From positions 1 through 55,865 of the IMG/VR virus record IMGVR_UViG_3300045303_000324: DNA of 55,865 nucleotides, one strand, 5' to 3'. Positions within the stretch are counted from its first letter, which is position 1. Each line of letters opens with the position of its first letter. Below, piece after piece: positions 27,439 to 36,829 of the stretch. Both the position numbers and the translations under genes were made by a program. The notes under the pieces were generated by a model that did no database searches, had not been told where the DNA came from, and was given only the letters and a program-made list of their open reading frames with translations. The DNA comes from a virus.

Positions 27439-27966
27439 TTAGAGAAGTATTGGTTGCGCGGAGTCAACCACGATTGTCGTTGGTGATTTGGCTGTCCCCA
27501 CCTGCTGAACAAAACCAGTACCCGGAGCGGAACTCGCCAAGCCGGTTCCAGACACGTAAATTTGATCGCCCGGCGTCCACGTCCAAAGCGGATTATCGAC
27601 TTCGCCTGATTCCACCACCGTACCGGAAAACCCGAGCGCAATCGCTGCCAGCGCAATACCGATCACGCGACCGATGCCAGCAGAAGGATTTGAACTGTTG
27701 GCGATTCTACCGAGCGACGTGACAGCCACGAACGCTGGAATGTTTTCCGCCGCGGTGATGGTGACGGCCACGCTGGAGGCTGGCAGTCCAATCGGTGTTG
27801 AAGGAGAGACGAACGCAGTGTCGTAATCCGTGGAAGAAAGTTTTGTGAGCACCTGACCGACAGTGCCGCCCTTGGGAAGATTTGAACCTAACGTGGGAAT
27901 GCCTAACTTGCGCCTGGCCGCGGCAACGTTCCAAATATCTATCGTCGCGTAGTCGTCTATGCGCAT
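27439..27966 (-). CDS. fibre-tip / receptor-binding-like protein
   Basis: 175 aa. GTVGQVLTKLSSTDYDTAFV is a common tail-fibre motif. Ends ..PILL. Confidence 0.6.
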   Translation of the reverse strand: MRIDDYATIDIWNVAAARRKLGIPTLGSNLPKGGTVGQVLTKLSSTDYDTAFVSPSTPIGLPASSVAVTITAAENIPAFVAVTSLGRIANSSNPSAGIGRVIGIALAAIALGFSGTVVESGEVDNPLWTWTPGDQIYVSGTGLASSAPGTGFVQQVGTAKSPTTIVVDSAQPILL

Positions 27967-27967
27967 G

Positions 27968-28969
27968 TCAGTTGTTCAAATACAGCTCTCCACGGACACA
28001 CTGAAAAGTCCACACGCCCGCCGCACCCGGATCGACCGACACGCCGAGGATCAAGTTGGCTGGGGTAGTATCGAATCCCGCCGAGGTCGTTTGCAAGACC
28101 ACTGCCCCTTGATTGGCGAATCCGGTGGCTGCCAGGTTATGCGTCAAAGCCAGTCCTCCGGCCAGAACACCCGCCGCGCCGATGTTTCTCAGAATCGCTT
28201 CAATCAGGATGATCGCCGTGTCCGCCGCAGCCGTCTGCGCAGGGCCAGTGAACAACAGGCGTTGAGCATCCCCGGTCGTGCCTGCCGCGCCTACCCTCAC
28301 TGAAAATGCCGGGGCTACGACTCCAGCAGCCGTCTTGGTCGCCACCATTCGCCACCGAACCACGGTGCCGACCTTCAAACCAGCCGTCGGAACGAGCAGG
28401 GCCGAGCCAGTGAGGTAGGTGTCCGCGGCATTTGCCGGAACATCGGCCGTGTTGGCGTTGGACTTGAACCCAAAATTCGTGCGCGCATTGGTCGCCGTGG
28501 ACGCACCGGTGCCACCTTCGTTAATCGCCAGTGGGATTGTCAGTCCAGTCAACTGTGTGATGTCACTGTTTACTCCAGAAGCCGCGAAACCAGTCACGCT
28601 CGGTTCAAACCCGCCCGGTGACACGCCGCTGCCGCTGACGATGTTGGTTCCCCCCGCCGCATTGCTCGAGTACCCGAGGTTTTCCAGTTGAACACTGATA
28701 CCATCGACAATCGACACGACCTGCATCACTCCTGCACCCTGAACGAAGACCGGCTGACCCACGACCATCCAATCGGTTGAGGCCACGTCCACGACAACGC
28801 TTCCAGCCGCCGCCGGCATCGTGAAGTCCGCCGTGGTGAACGTGAAGGCAGAGGAACCGTTTGAACCGGCTGCACCGTCCACGCCGGCAATTCCTTCGAG
28901 CCCCGGCGTCGATACTACGAGTGGAAGAGCACAAGGGTCACAACAAGAGCTGGGTGAACTCATGCTCAA
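27968..28969 (-). CDS. tail fibre with a collagen-like segment
   Basis: Six G-x-y triplets (GLEGIAGVDGAAGSNGSS) and the fibre motif SDITQLTGLTIPLAINEGGTGASTATNARTNFG. Confidence 0.7.
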   Translation of the reverse strand: MSMSSPSSCCDPCALPLVVSTPGLEGIAGVDGAAGSNGSSAFTFTTADFTMPAAAGSVVVDVASTDWMVVGQPVFVQGAGVMQVVSIVDGISVQLENLGYSSNAAGGTNIVSGSGVSPGGFEPSVTGFAASGVNSDITQLTGLTIPLAINEGGTGASTATNARTNFGFKSNANTADVPANAADTYLTGSALLVPTAGLKVGTVVRWRMVATKTAAGVVAPAFSVRVGAAGTTGDAQRLLFTGPAQTAAADTAIILIEAILRNIGAAGVLAGGLALTHNLAATGFANQGAVVLQTTSAGFDTTPANLILGVSVDPGAAGVWTFQCVRGELYLNN

Positions 28970-29011
28970 TCAATCCTTTATTTCCGCCGAAATACAAGTA
29001 TTTCTTGTGGG

Positions 29012-30808
29012 GTGAAAACCGTGTCCAAATACGGCATCCCTTGGAAGATTCACGAAGGCGACGTGGACATCGAGATCGAGAAGGCTTGCGTTCGTAACGG
29101 CGGCCAGTGGAAAGACAAGAATGGAGAGCTGTGCGGATTGGGTCTCTTCGCTCACTTCAAGAACCTCTGGAAGCTATGGTGGCCTGACGACGACGAGCAT
29201 CGGTGGGCGGATCTGATTCTCAAGCACTACCTCGAAAATCAGTACACCACACTCATGGGATCGGCCAACAGCAGCAAGACCTACACGATAGCCAAGATTG
29301 GGCTCACCGAATACGCCTGCTTCCCCGACAACAGCCTGACTCTCATCAGCAGCACGGACGTTCGAGGTCTGGAACTGCGCGTCTGGGGAGCCATCAAATC
29401 GCTTTGGGAACGAGCGCACGAGGCGGACGAGGATTTCCCAGGATTCGTCGTCGATTACCTGCACGCGATCAGCACGCAGGAAGCCGGTGACGGAAAAATC
29501 AGGGATCTCAGGCGCGGCGTCATTTGCATTCCCTGCCTGTCCGACCGAGGACAGTACAAGGGTCTTGGCCGGTACGCTGGCGTGAAGGCCGAACACGTTA
29601 GATTGTTCGCCGACGAAGTGCAATTCATGCAAACCAGTTTTTTGGGAGCCATAGCGAACCTGCGCAACAACCCAGACTTCAAAGCGGCTTTCATGGGCAA
29701 TCCGCTGGGCATGGGCGATCCGCTGGACCAGGTGTCCGAACCTGAGTGCGGCTGGAGCAATCATCCTGTGCCCGACAAGACTGCGGTGTGGAAAACCAGG
29801 AAGTTTGGGGGTGTCTGCGTCAATCTCATTGGCACGGATTCCCCCAACTTCGATTTTCCAGGTGAAGTCCGGTTTCCCTACCTCACGCGCCCGGATGTCA
29901 TTCAGGAAACCCTGCGCGATTACGGTCCCAATTCGCAGGAATACTGGTCGCAGTGCAAAGGCGCCCGTATCACCGGGCTCATCGCGCGCAAGGTCATCAC
30001 ACGCGATTTGTGCGAGCAACATCACGCGATGGACCAACCCAATTGGTTGAATACGATTCGCACAAAAGTCTATGCCGTGGATGCCGCCTACGGTGTGGTG
30101 GGCGGAGACCGTTGCGTCGGCGGGTACATTGAGTTTGGTTTGGACGAACTGGGCCGGATGATCCTCTACGTGCCCATGCCGCATATCATTCCGATTCAAC
30201 TCGGTGTAGGCGGCCAGCCTGAGGACCAGATTGCGGCTTTCGTGCGCGACGATTGCATTGCCAAGGACATCCCCCCGGAGAACGTGTTTCACGACGCTAC
30301 TGGACGAGGATCGCTTGGGACCAGCTTTGGCCGTCTGTGGAGTCCCAAAGTGAACCCGATTGAGTTTGGCGGTTCAGCCACCGCGCGCCCGGTCACACAT
30401 GACACCTTCATTCGAGATCCACGCACCAACGAACGCCGGCTCATGTTGTGCCACGAAAAGTACGCGAACTTCGTCACCGAACTGTGGTACTCGGTGCGCT
30501 ATGTCACTGAGGCTGATCAAATGCGAGGACTGCCCCCGGAAGTCATGGAGGAAGGCTGCCTGCGCGAGTGGAAGGAAGTCCGGGGAAATAAGGTGCAAGT
30601 GGAGCCCAAGCCCGACATGAAAAAGCGAATCGGAAAATCTCCTGACATGTTCGATTGGTTAGCCACCGCAGTGGAAGGCGCGCGTAGACTTGGCTTCCAG
30701 ATCATGCGGTTGCCCGGAGCATTTGAACAGGACGAAAACAACTTTCTTGACAAGGAAGAGGAAAAAACTCAAAAATTACTTATGAGTCAAATGTTGACCC
30801 ATGCGTGA
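29012..30808 (+). CDS. terL: terminase large subunit
   Basis: GTG start. Walker A-like GSANSSKT and Walker B LFADEVQF. 598 aa with a nuclease-like C-half. Confidence 0.85.
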   Translation: MKTVSKYGIPWKIHEGDVDIEIEKACVRNGGQWKDKNGELCGLGLFAHFKNLWKLWWPDDDEHRWADLILKHYLENQYTTLMGSANSSKTYTIAKIGLTEYACFPDNSLTLISSTDVRGLELRVWGAIKSLWERAHEADEDFPGFVVDYLHAISTQEAGDGKIRDLRRGVICIPCLSDRGQYKGLGRYAGVKAEHVRLFADEVQFMQTSFLGAIANLRNNPDFKAAFMGNPLGMGDPLDQVSEPECGWSNHPVPDKTAVWKTRKFGGVCVNLIGTDSPNFDFPGEVRFPYLTRPDVIQETLRDYGPNSQEYWSQCKGARITGLIARKVITRDLCEQHHAMDQPNWLNTIRTKVYAVDAAYGVVGGDRCVGGYIEFGLDELGRMILYVPMPHIIPIQLGVGGQPEDQIAAFVRDDCIAKDIPPENVFHDATGRGSLGTSFGRLWSPKVNPIEFGGSATARPVTHDTFIRDPRTNERRLMLCHEKYANFVTELWYSVRYVTEADQMRGLPPEVMEEGCLREWKEVRGNKVQVEPKPDMKKRIGKSPDMFDWLATAVEGARRLGFQIMRLPGAFEQDENNFLDKEEEKTQKLLMSQMLTHA

Positions 30809-30830
30809 CCATCCTTAACCACTTGAATCA

Positions 30831-31376
30831 ATGCCTACATTCGCCAAATGCCCCAAGGAAGTTTACAAACTGACCGAAGTAATTCTCGCCGAGTTTGAGA
30901 CTCACTCGCCAGTACTCACCGCCAAGGTAAAGATCGACCTCGTGTTCGCCTTTCCCGATCTGGACGACGAAGGGCATCCGAAGAATGTGGCGTTGAAAAA
31001 GAATGGCGTCCGAGCTCTCGGAATCACCAAGGCTATTTGCCTAAAAGATCGCGCTCAGGGCAGAGGCGACGCGGAAGTCACCCTGGACGGCGATTGGTGG
31101 AAGGATGCCTCCGAGGAAGAACAGCGCGCGTTACTCGATCACGAGCTGCACCACATTTTGGTATGCTGCAACAGCAAAGGCACTGTTCTCACCGACGACC
31201 TCGACCGGCCGAAGGTGAAGATGCGAAAGCACGATTACGAATTTGGATGGTTCAAGGTTATCGCCGAACGTCACGGAAAACATTCGATTGAATGCCAGCA
31301 AGCGGAACTTATCTTCGACCGCGCCGGCCAATCGTTCTGGCCGCAACTCGCACCCAAACTGAAGGAAAAAAACTGA
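30831..31376 (+). CDS. putative phage metallopeptidase (HExxH)
   Basis: LLDHELHHILV..RKHDYEFGWF resembles the phage metallopeptidase family. Confidence 0.7.
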   Translation: MPTFAKCPKEVYKLTEVILAEFETHSPVLTAKVKIDLVFAFPDLDDEGHPKNVALKKNGVRALGITKAICLKDRAQGRGDAEVTLDGDWWKDASEEEQRALLDHELHHILVCCNSKGTVLTDDLDRPKVKMRKHDYEFGWFKVIAERHGKHSIECQQAELIFDRAGQSFWPQLAPKLKEKN

Positions 31377-32086
31377 TGCCCCTCACCACACGTAACACAT
31401 TTCCCCCTGGCGGATTCCCCTTCGACCAGAAGAAGGCGGACGGCTCGATCAAGAAGTTTGAAGGTTTGACCTACGGGTTTTGGGAGCAGGTCATGGAGAT
31501 CAAAGCCTACCGCGAGGGTAACGGTCTGATGCCCACCGACAAGCTGGCCATTGCTGAAGAGCTCGACGCATTCCAGTGCGAGCGGCTTGGGTTTGATCCA
31601 CTCTGGGTGACGCAAAAAAAAACGATGCCGTTCGCGGCTACTCAATTCAGCCCCAGTCACCTGCTCCGAAGTGCAAAAGCTGTGGCTCAAGGGGCTAGTA
31701 TTCTGGCCGATTGGGTTGGTGAAGGTGGTTCCCCGGTAGATCAATCACTGGCACAAAAACGAGCGGACGCCTGCACGAGCGGAGCAAAGGACAAAGACGG
31801 CAATCCAATGCGCTGTCCTCACAATCAAGAGGGACACGGCTTTGCCAAAATGACCACGGTCATCGCCAAGGCAATCCACGATCAACGTCGTGAGAAGCTG
31901 CGTCTTGCACTACGCGTGAACGGTGAGGAAGATTTGCACACCTGCGATATTTGTTTGTGCCACCTTCCGCTCAAAGTGTGGGTGCCCTTCAAAACCATCG
32001 CTGACCGCACCACCGACGTTCAGTGGAAGGAATTCGAGCAGGTGCCGTGGTGTTGGATGAATACCGAGAGGACAATCGCGCCATGA
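31376..32086 (+). CDS. Cys-rich hypothetical protein
   Basis: ATG 31376 overlaps the upstream stop. Contains CPHN and CDICLCH motifs. Confidence 0.55.
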   Translation: MPLTTRNTFPPGGFPFDQKKADGSIKKFEGLTYGFWEQVMEIKAYREGNGLMPTDKLAIAEELDAFQCERLGFDPLWVTQKKTMPFAATQFSPSHLLRSAKAVAQGASILADWVGEGGSPVDQSLAQKRADACTSGAKDKDGNPMRCPHNQEGHGFAKMTTVIAKAIHDQRREKLRLALRVNGEEDLHTCDICLCHLPLKVWVPFKTIADRTTDVQWKEFEQVPWCWMNTERTIAP

Positions 32087-32265
32087 TAAAAGTCGAAGGA
32101 GGATTAGAGGGTAAGTGGAAGGTGATCCACGCGCAAGAATCGCTGCTCAGAAAACTCATGCTGCGTCAGTTCAAACTCAGAACGCCTAAAAAATTGATCC
32201 TGCTCGGTTACAGGGCAGGTGATCTAGTCAGAACCAACCCCAACCTCGTTCGGAGGATGAAATAA
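32083..32265 (+). CDS. hypothetical 60-aa protein
   Basis: ATG 32083 overlaps the upstream stop (ATGA). Confidence 0.4.
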   Translation: MIKVEGGLEGKWKVIHAQESLLRKLMLRQFKLRTPKKLILLGYRAGDLVRTNPNLVRRMK

Positions 32266-32266
32266 T

Positions 32267-33064
32267 ATGAACCATTTGATCGCAGTAATTCCCTACCACA
32301 ACGGAGACGTTGAACTCGCGCGCAACCTTCTGCTTTGGGTTTCAGAGCTTGGTGGGTGCAAGAACCACGCGTGCCTGTTGGGCGCCGATTCTGGAACCAA
32401 GATGGAAGAACGGATCGAGTTGAAGAAACTCGCTCAGGACGCTTTCGGTCACGCCACCAGTGTCGTTGTGGCGGTTGGTGACTTTCCCACGTATCAGGTT
32501 GCCACGAATCGCATGTTCGAGCGCCTGTCCAACCAGATCGAGCAGACGTGCAAATGGCCGTTCCTGTGGCTGGAACCGGACTGTGTGCCGATGAAAAAGG
32601 ACTGGCTCGATCAACTGGCGGACGGATACGCGAGTCAGCCAAAGCGGTACTTCGGGCCGATCATCAAGACCGACGCGACGATGATTGCGCCGGCTGACAT
32701 CAAGGAACACCTGACAATGGTCTCGGTGTATCCGGTGAACGCGCACACTGAGCTGGCGGAGTTTTTCAAAGGCGACCGCGCATTCGACATGGCCTCACAC
32801 GAATACCTGCCACCGCGCGCGACTGACACCAGACTGATAAGCCACTTCTGGCCACCGCGAGATCAGTTGGCCACGTTCAAGGCGGTGCGGACTGAGGAAG
32901 ACCCGATCAACGTTTTGACCCCTGAACGTATCTGGCCTGAGGCGGTGCTTTGGCATCAGGATAAAAGTGGCACGCTCATACCGATCCTGCGCGAGCGATT
33001 GATTGTGCCGAAGGATTTGTCACCAGACTTGAAGAAGCTGCACCCGGCGAACAAGGTGAAATGA
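32267..33064 (+). CDS. GT-A-fold transferase-like protein
   Basis: PFLWLEPDCVPMKKDWLDQLADGY resembles the DxD region of nucleotide-sugar transferases. This assignment is weak. Confidence 0.45.
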   Translation: MNHLIAVIPYHNGDVELARNLLLWVSELGGCKNHACLLGADSGTKMEERIELKKLAQDAFGHATSVVVAVGDFPTYQVATNRMFERLSNQIEQTCKWPFLWLEPDCVPMKKDWLDQLADGYASQPKRYFGPIIKTDATMIAPADIKEHLTMVSVYPVNAHTELAEFFKGDRAFDMASHEYLPPRATDTRLISHFWPPRDQLATFKAVRTEEDPINVLTPERIWPEAVLWHQDKSGTLIPILRERLIVPKDLSPDLKKLHPANKVK

Positions 33065-33150
33065 CTCTGGCAACGACGAATGTGGAGAACGCATCCAGCC
33101 TGAGCTTGGCGACATGGGCGAACAGCTTTGGCCGTCGTTGCCTTTAATTT

Positions 33151-33381
33151 ATGCTAACAGCTAAAGAATACTTCCTGAAACGCAGTCCAGACGGGCGCAC
33201 AATTCCTCCTTATATTGCACTCTCAGCAGAACAGTATGACGAGCTTGTAAAAGAAGCCCGCAAGCAAGGTTACACTGAAGCGGCGGAGATTCTTAAACCT
33301 GATTACATTGACGAAGAATTTAACGATCTTGTTTTAGCTAAAAAGCAAGCAGTTCTCAACGCCCGCGATCAAATCAAATGA
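33151..33381 (+). CDS. hypothetical protein (AT-rich island)
   Basis: 76-aa ORF whose composition is visibly more AT-rich than the flanks. Confidence 0.5.
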   Translation: MLTAKEYFLKRSPDGRTIPPYIALSAEQYDELVKEARKQGYTEAAEILKPDYIDEEFNDLVLAKKQAVLNARDQIK

Positions 33382-33626
33382 CCATCGAATTTGCAACTTG
33401 TGAAAGAAAGCGGGCGCTTAAATTCATACAGCGAGTTTATCCGTCAAAGGTAATCACAGATACTCCAAGCTGTGCTGGCCCATTATTAGATTTGGTAGAA
33501 CGAGATATTGTTAGGATTCAAGACCCAATGATGTATGGCAACATAATCGCAGTAAGTCCCAATGCAACGAACTGGAAGGAAGAATATCGTGAACGGGTAA
33601 TTGCAGCATGTAAATTATTTGCTTAA
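33378..33626 (+). CDS. hypothetical protein (AT-rich island)
   Basis: 82-aa ORF with an ATGA overlap. Confidence 0.5.
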   Translation: MTIEFATCERKRALKFIQRVYPSKVITDTPSCAGPLLDLVERDIVRIQDPMMYGNIIAVSPNATNWKEEYRERVIAACKLFA

Positions 33627-33631
33627 ACTCA

Positions 33632-33856
33632 ATGACCACCACAAACACTATGAAGGTATATCTAAACGAAAAACTAATCGACCTCGGAAAAGGTAAATCT
33701 CACGGAGGTGACGTGCGCGCAAAATTACCTCCTGAACAGAGTGGGTATTCTATTTACAAAACCAGAAAAGGTTCTACAGATAAGTGGATGAGTGACACAC
33801 AATCGGTAAGAAATGGTGATTCGTTTTATACTATTCCTCCATGTCACGGAGCGTGA
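33632..33856 (+). CDS. possible beta-grasp / multiubiquitin-like small protein
   Basis: The pattern KVYLNEKLIDLG..GGDVRAKL..YSIYKT...DTQSVRNGDSFYTIPP resembles ubiquitin-like beta-grasp domains. Assigned by eye only. Confidence 0.4.
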   Translation: MTTTNTMKVYLNEKLIDLGKGKSHGGDVRAKLPPEQSGYSIYKTRKGSTDKWMSDTQSVRNGDSFYTIPPCHGA

Positions 33857-33857
33857 T

Positions 33858-34127
33858 ATGACCACCACAAACACGAACGACAGGCTGGAAAAGATTGTGA
33901 GTAAAGCGAGGCAAGAAGTTATTAAGTATAACGACTTAACCACCGCTCCTTATGGTTTCAGTGGTATTGTCCGCACCGCCTGCCAAGAGTATGCGCGGGA
34001 GGAAAACCAACAACTCCGCGCCGATGCCGAAGCATTGGCGGTAGAATTAAATTCTTTTGCAATCGCATTTGACGATAGATCAGCGAAAGAAGCACTTAAA
34101 CAATACCGCTCCAAACATCCGAAATAG
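33858..34127 (+). CDS. hypothetical helical protein (AT-rich island)
   Basis: ATG at 33858. The first 17 nt are identical to those of the previous gene (MTTTNT). Confidence 0.5.
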   Translation: MTTTNTNDRLEKIVSKARQEVIKYNDLTTAPYGFSGIVRTACQEYAREENQQLRADAEALAVELNSFAIAFDDRSAKEALKQYRSKHPK

Positions 34128-34131
34128 GAAA

Positions 34132-34305
34132 GTGAACCCACTCCCCGGCAATCCTGACCTGCCGCCTGGTGTCACCGAGCGTGACGTTGAGCGAGACGAT
34201 TGGACTTTCTGCCACGCATGTGGTCGTGGCGTGGAGAAGGACAAGATTGACGAATCGGGCTTGTGTGAACGATGCCTGCGCGGGCCGCAAGACGACGACC
34301 GTTGA
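34132..34305 (+). CDS. small zinc-ribbon protein
   Basis: GTG at 34132 follows AGGAAA. Contains CHAC and CERC pairs. GC content returns to the genome norm here. Confidence 0.4.
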   Translation: MNPLPGNPDLPPGVTERDVERDDWTFCHACGRGVEKDKIDESGLCERCLRGPQDDDR

Positions 34306-34423
34306 CGGACAGGCTTTGGGGGCGTAGAAGTGCAGGGTGCAGCCAGTCAACCAGAACCCCGTCACTTAAGGAGGGAATATCAATTTTTCAACTCCCGCTC
34401 ACGTCGGTTCAGCCATCTGGGAC

Positions 34424-36718
34424 ATGAAGTGGGCCGACCTGCCCCGCTCCGACAACCGCACCAAGATCAACAAACTGTTCGACGGCTGGCCGCCCTACAC
34501 CGATCAGGAGGTCATCGACAATAAGATTCCCGTCAACGTCAATTTCAAGGAAGCCTGCGTACTGGGTAAACAGGCGCTCTCGCAGTATGAGAACGCCTTC
34601 CTGAAGCCCGAGAACTTCTTCACCATCCGGGGCGACCGCGGCGAGCCCACCAAACGTTCGGAGTGGAGCAGCTTCGTCACGACTCGGATCAACCGGGTGA
34701 TGAAACGGAGCTGGCCCTATATCCAGCTCATTCGTTCCAAATTCTCAGGTGTAGTGCTGCATGGGATAGGGGCGCAGGTCTGGGAAAGCCGGTGGGATTG
34801 GAAACCCCGGTACGTGGCCGTGGAGGATTTGCTGATTCCCACCGACACCGAGACTTCGCTTGAAAACCTTCCCTTCTTCGCCGTGCGCCGGGTGTACACG
34901 CCTTCCGAGCTGATTGAACGCACCCAGGGCGAGACGGTCGATCCCGGCTGGAACCAGCCCGTCGTCAGGGAAATGCTGGACTCGATCAAGGACCAGAACC
35001 TTTCCACCTCGAACTACACCTGGCTCTATAACCCCGAGAAGATGTTCGAGATGTTCAAGCAGACCGGACATTTTTACTCGATCGACAGCGCGCCGGCGGT
35101 CGTGCTGTGGGATTTCTTTTTCTACGATAGCGACGCGAAAGGATGGAAACGCCGGATGATCCGGGACGTGGACGGACCGTCACCGGGAGCGTCGTACTCG
35201 AGCTACACCGACAACGACGCGGATTGGGTGTACAAATCCGAACGCATCTTCGCCAGGGAAATGGGGGACCTGTTGCACATCCAGTTTGGGGACCTGTCCA
35301 ACAAACCTCCGTTCCACTATCACTCGGTCCGCAGTCTTGGTTTTCAGTTGTTTGACGTGTGCCATTTGATGAACCGCCTTCGGAGCAAGGAAACCGAGTG
35401 TACGACGACCGATTTGCAAACCTGGTTCAGGGTGATGAACCCGGCGGATCTCGCCCGGCTCAACCGCATGACGTTTTACGACAAGGGCGTATTGCAGGAG
35501 GGAATCAGCATCGTAAAGCAGGAGGAACGGCACCAGATCAACGTTGAACTGTTAAACCAGACCAAGGCCGGATATCGCCAGTTGATGAGTGAGAGTTCAT
35601 CGGCCTATACGCAGGACGTGGACACGGGCACGCAGCGGGAACAGACCGCCACGGAGACCATCGCCAAGGTGAACCAGGTCAACGCGCTCATGGGCGGGTT
35701 GCTCAACCTGGCCTACGTGCAGGAGGAATTCGCCTACCGCCAGATTTGCCGGAGGTTCACGCAGCTCAAGACTGAGAACAAGGACGCCAAAAAATTTCAG
35801 GAGGATTGCAAGCGCAAGGGCATTGCCTTCGCATTTCTGGACGTGGACACCTGGGAGATTACGGCCGAGCGCGTGGTGGGGGGTGGAAACAAGATGCTGG
35901 AGATCGCGCAAAGCAAGGAGCTCCTGGGCATCCGGCCATTGCTCGATCCCGACCCGCAACGCATCGTGCTTCACATGTACGCCGAGGCATTGTCCGACAG
36001 CAAAACGGCGAACGTGCTGGTGCCTTTGGACTCCGGAAACAAGGTGACCAACAGTGTGCACGACGCCGAGTTGTCCTTCAACGGCATGATGGGCTCAGGC
36101 ATCCCGATTACTCCGATGGAAGGAATGAACCACACCGAGCAGATCGAGACATGCCTGAAAATGCTGGCGGCCAAGATTCAGCAGATCACACAATCCGGTG
36201 GAGTTGGTACTCCCGCCGACGTGAAGGGTTTGAATGCCGTGGCAATCTTCATTGCTCTGCACATCAAAAAACTGTCCGAGGACGAGAGCGCCAAGGAAAA
36301 GGTGACAGCCTACGGGAAGGAATTGGGCAAGCAGATGAACGAAGTGAAGGCAATGGAGCAACGCCAGGCGCAACAGAACGGGAATGGTCACCTCGATCCC
36401 AAGGCAATGGCTGAACTGGCCGCCGATCAAGCGGCTGCAAAACAGAAGTTGCAGGAGAAAGAGGCTGCCGCGGTGCAGAAACGGACGCACAAACAGATCG
36501 ACTTCCAGACCGATCAACAACGCAAGAACCTGTCCACGGCTTCGGACATCAAGCGCAAGAACGCGGCTGCGGCGTCCGACATTCAGGTCCAGCACGCTCG
36601 AACGCTGGCGGACCTGAAGAGTCAGGGCATGGAAGATACCGTGGACGCCACCGCGCGCCTGGCAGAAGCCGAACTCAAGAAGAAGGAGGCTGCTGCGAGT
36701 GAATCAGAAGGTAAATGA
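34424..36718 (+). CDS. portal protein
   Basis: 764 aa. Supported by its size, its position after terL, and a long Q/A/K-rich C-terminal coiled coil like P22-type portal barrels. The start codon is uncertain. Confidence 0.75.
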   Translation: MKWADLPRSDNRTKINKLFDGWPPYTDQEVIDNKIPVNVNFKEACVLGKQALSQYENAFLKPENFFTIRGDRGEPTKRSEWSSFVTTRINRVMKRSWPYIQLIRSKFSGVVLHGIGAQVWESRWDWKPRYVAVEDLLIPTDTETSLENLPFFAVRRVYTPSELIERTQGETVDPGWNQPVVREMLDSIKDQNLSTSNYTWLYNPEKMFEMFKQTGHFYSIDSAPAVVLWDFFFYDSDAKGWKRRMIRDVDGPSPGASYSSYTDNDADWVYKSERIFAREMGDLLHIQFGDLSNKPPFHYHSVRSLGFQLFDVCHLMNRLRSKETECTTTDLQTWFRVMNPADLARLNRMTFYDKGVLQEGISIVKQEERHQINVELLNQTKAGYRQLMSESSSAYTQDVDTGTQREQTATETIAKVNQVNALMGGLLNLAYVQEEFAYRQICRRFTQLKTENKDAKKFQEDCKRKGIAFAFLDVDTWEITAERVVGGGNKMLEIAQSKELLGIRPLLDPDPQRIVLHMYAEALSDSKTANVLVPLDSGNKVTNSVHDAELSFNGMMGSGIPITPMEGMNHTEQIETCLKMLAAKIQQITQSGGVGTPADVKGLNAVAIFIALHIKKLSEDESAKEKVTAYGKELGKQMNEVKAMEQRQAQQNGNGHLDPKAMAELAADQAAAKQKLQEKEAAAVQKRTHKQIDFQTDQQRKNLSTASDIKRKNAAAASDIQVQHARTLADLKSQGMEDTVDATARLAEAELKKKEAAASESEGK

Positions 36719-36829
36719 TGCGTTGCAGCATCCTCCTGGGGACCTTCACGTCCTTTGATTTGGGGTCGCTCTCGTGCAGTATCGCCTTGAGCTGGGCGAT
36801 AAGCAGGCTTTTGGACTGGTCACCACCGC

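Noticed and set aside
26944-28969. A diversity-generating retroelement acting on the fibre-tip genes.
   Set aside because: There is no reverse transcriptase anywhere in the genome, and I could see no template/variable repeat pair with adenine-specific differences.
29174-30292. 372-aa ORF antisense to terL. Similar long antisense ORFs include 53376..54542 opposite dnaB, 7362..8084, 12462..13211, 14367..15188, 42335..42994 and 45516..46289.
   Set aside because: These are shadow ORFs, as expected in GC-rich DNA. Their sequences are low-complexity and Arg/Pro/Gly-rich, they lie fully inside well-supported genes on the other strand, and they have no coupling to neighbouring genes.
34367-34423. 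A strong AAGGAGG box at 34368-34374, 50 nt upstream of the portal ATG, suggesting an earlier non-canonical (ATC) start in the same frame.
   Set aside because: There is no ATG, GTG or TTG in frame between the upstream stop (34367) and ATG 34424. An ATC start is too speculative without N-terminal peptide data. I kept 34424 and flagged the start as uncertain.
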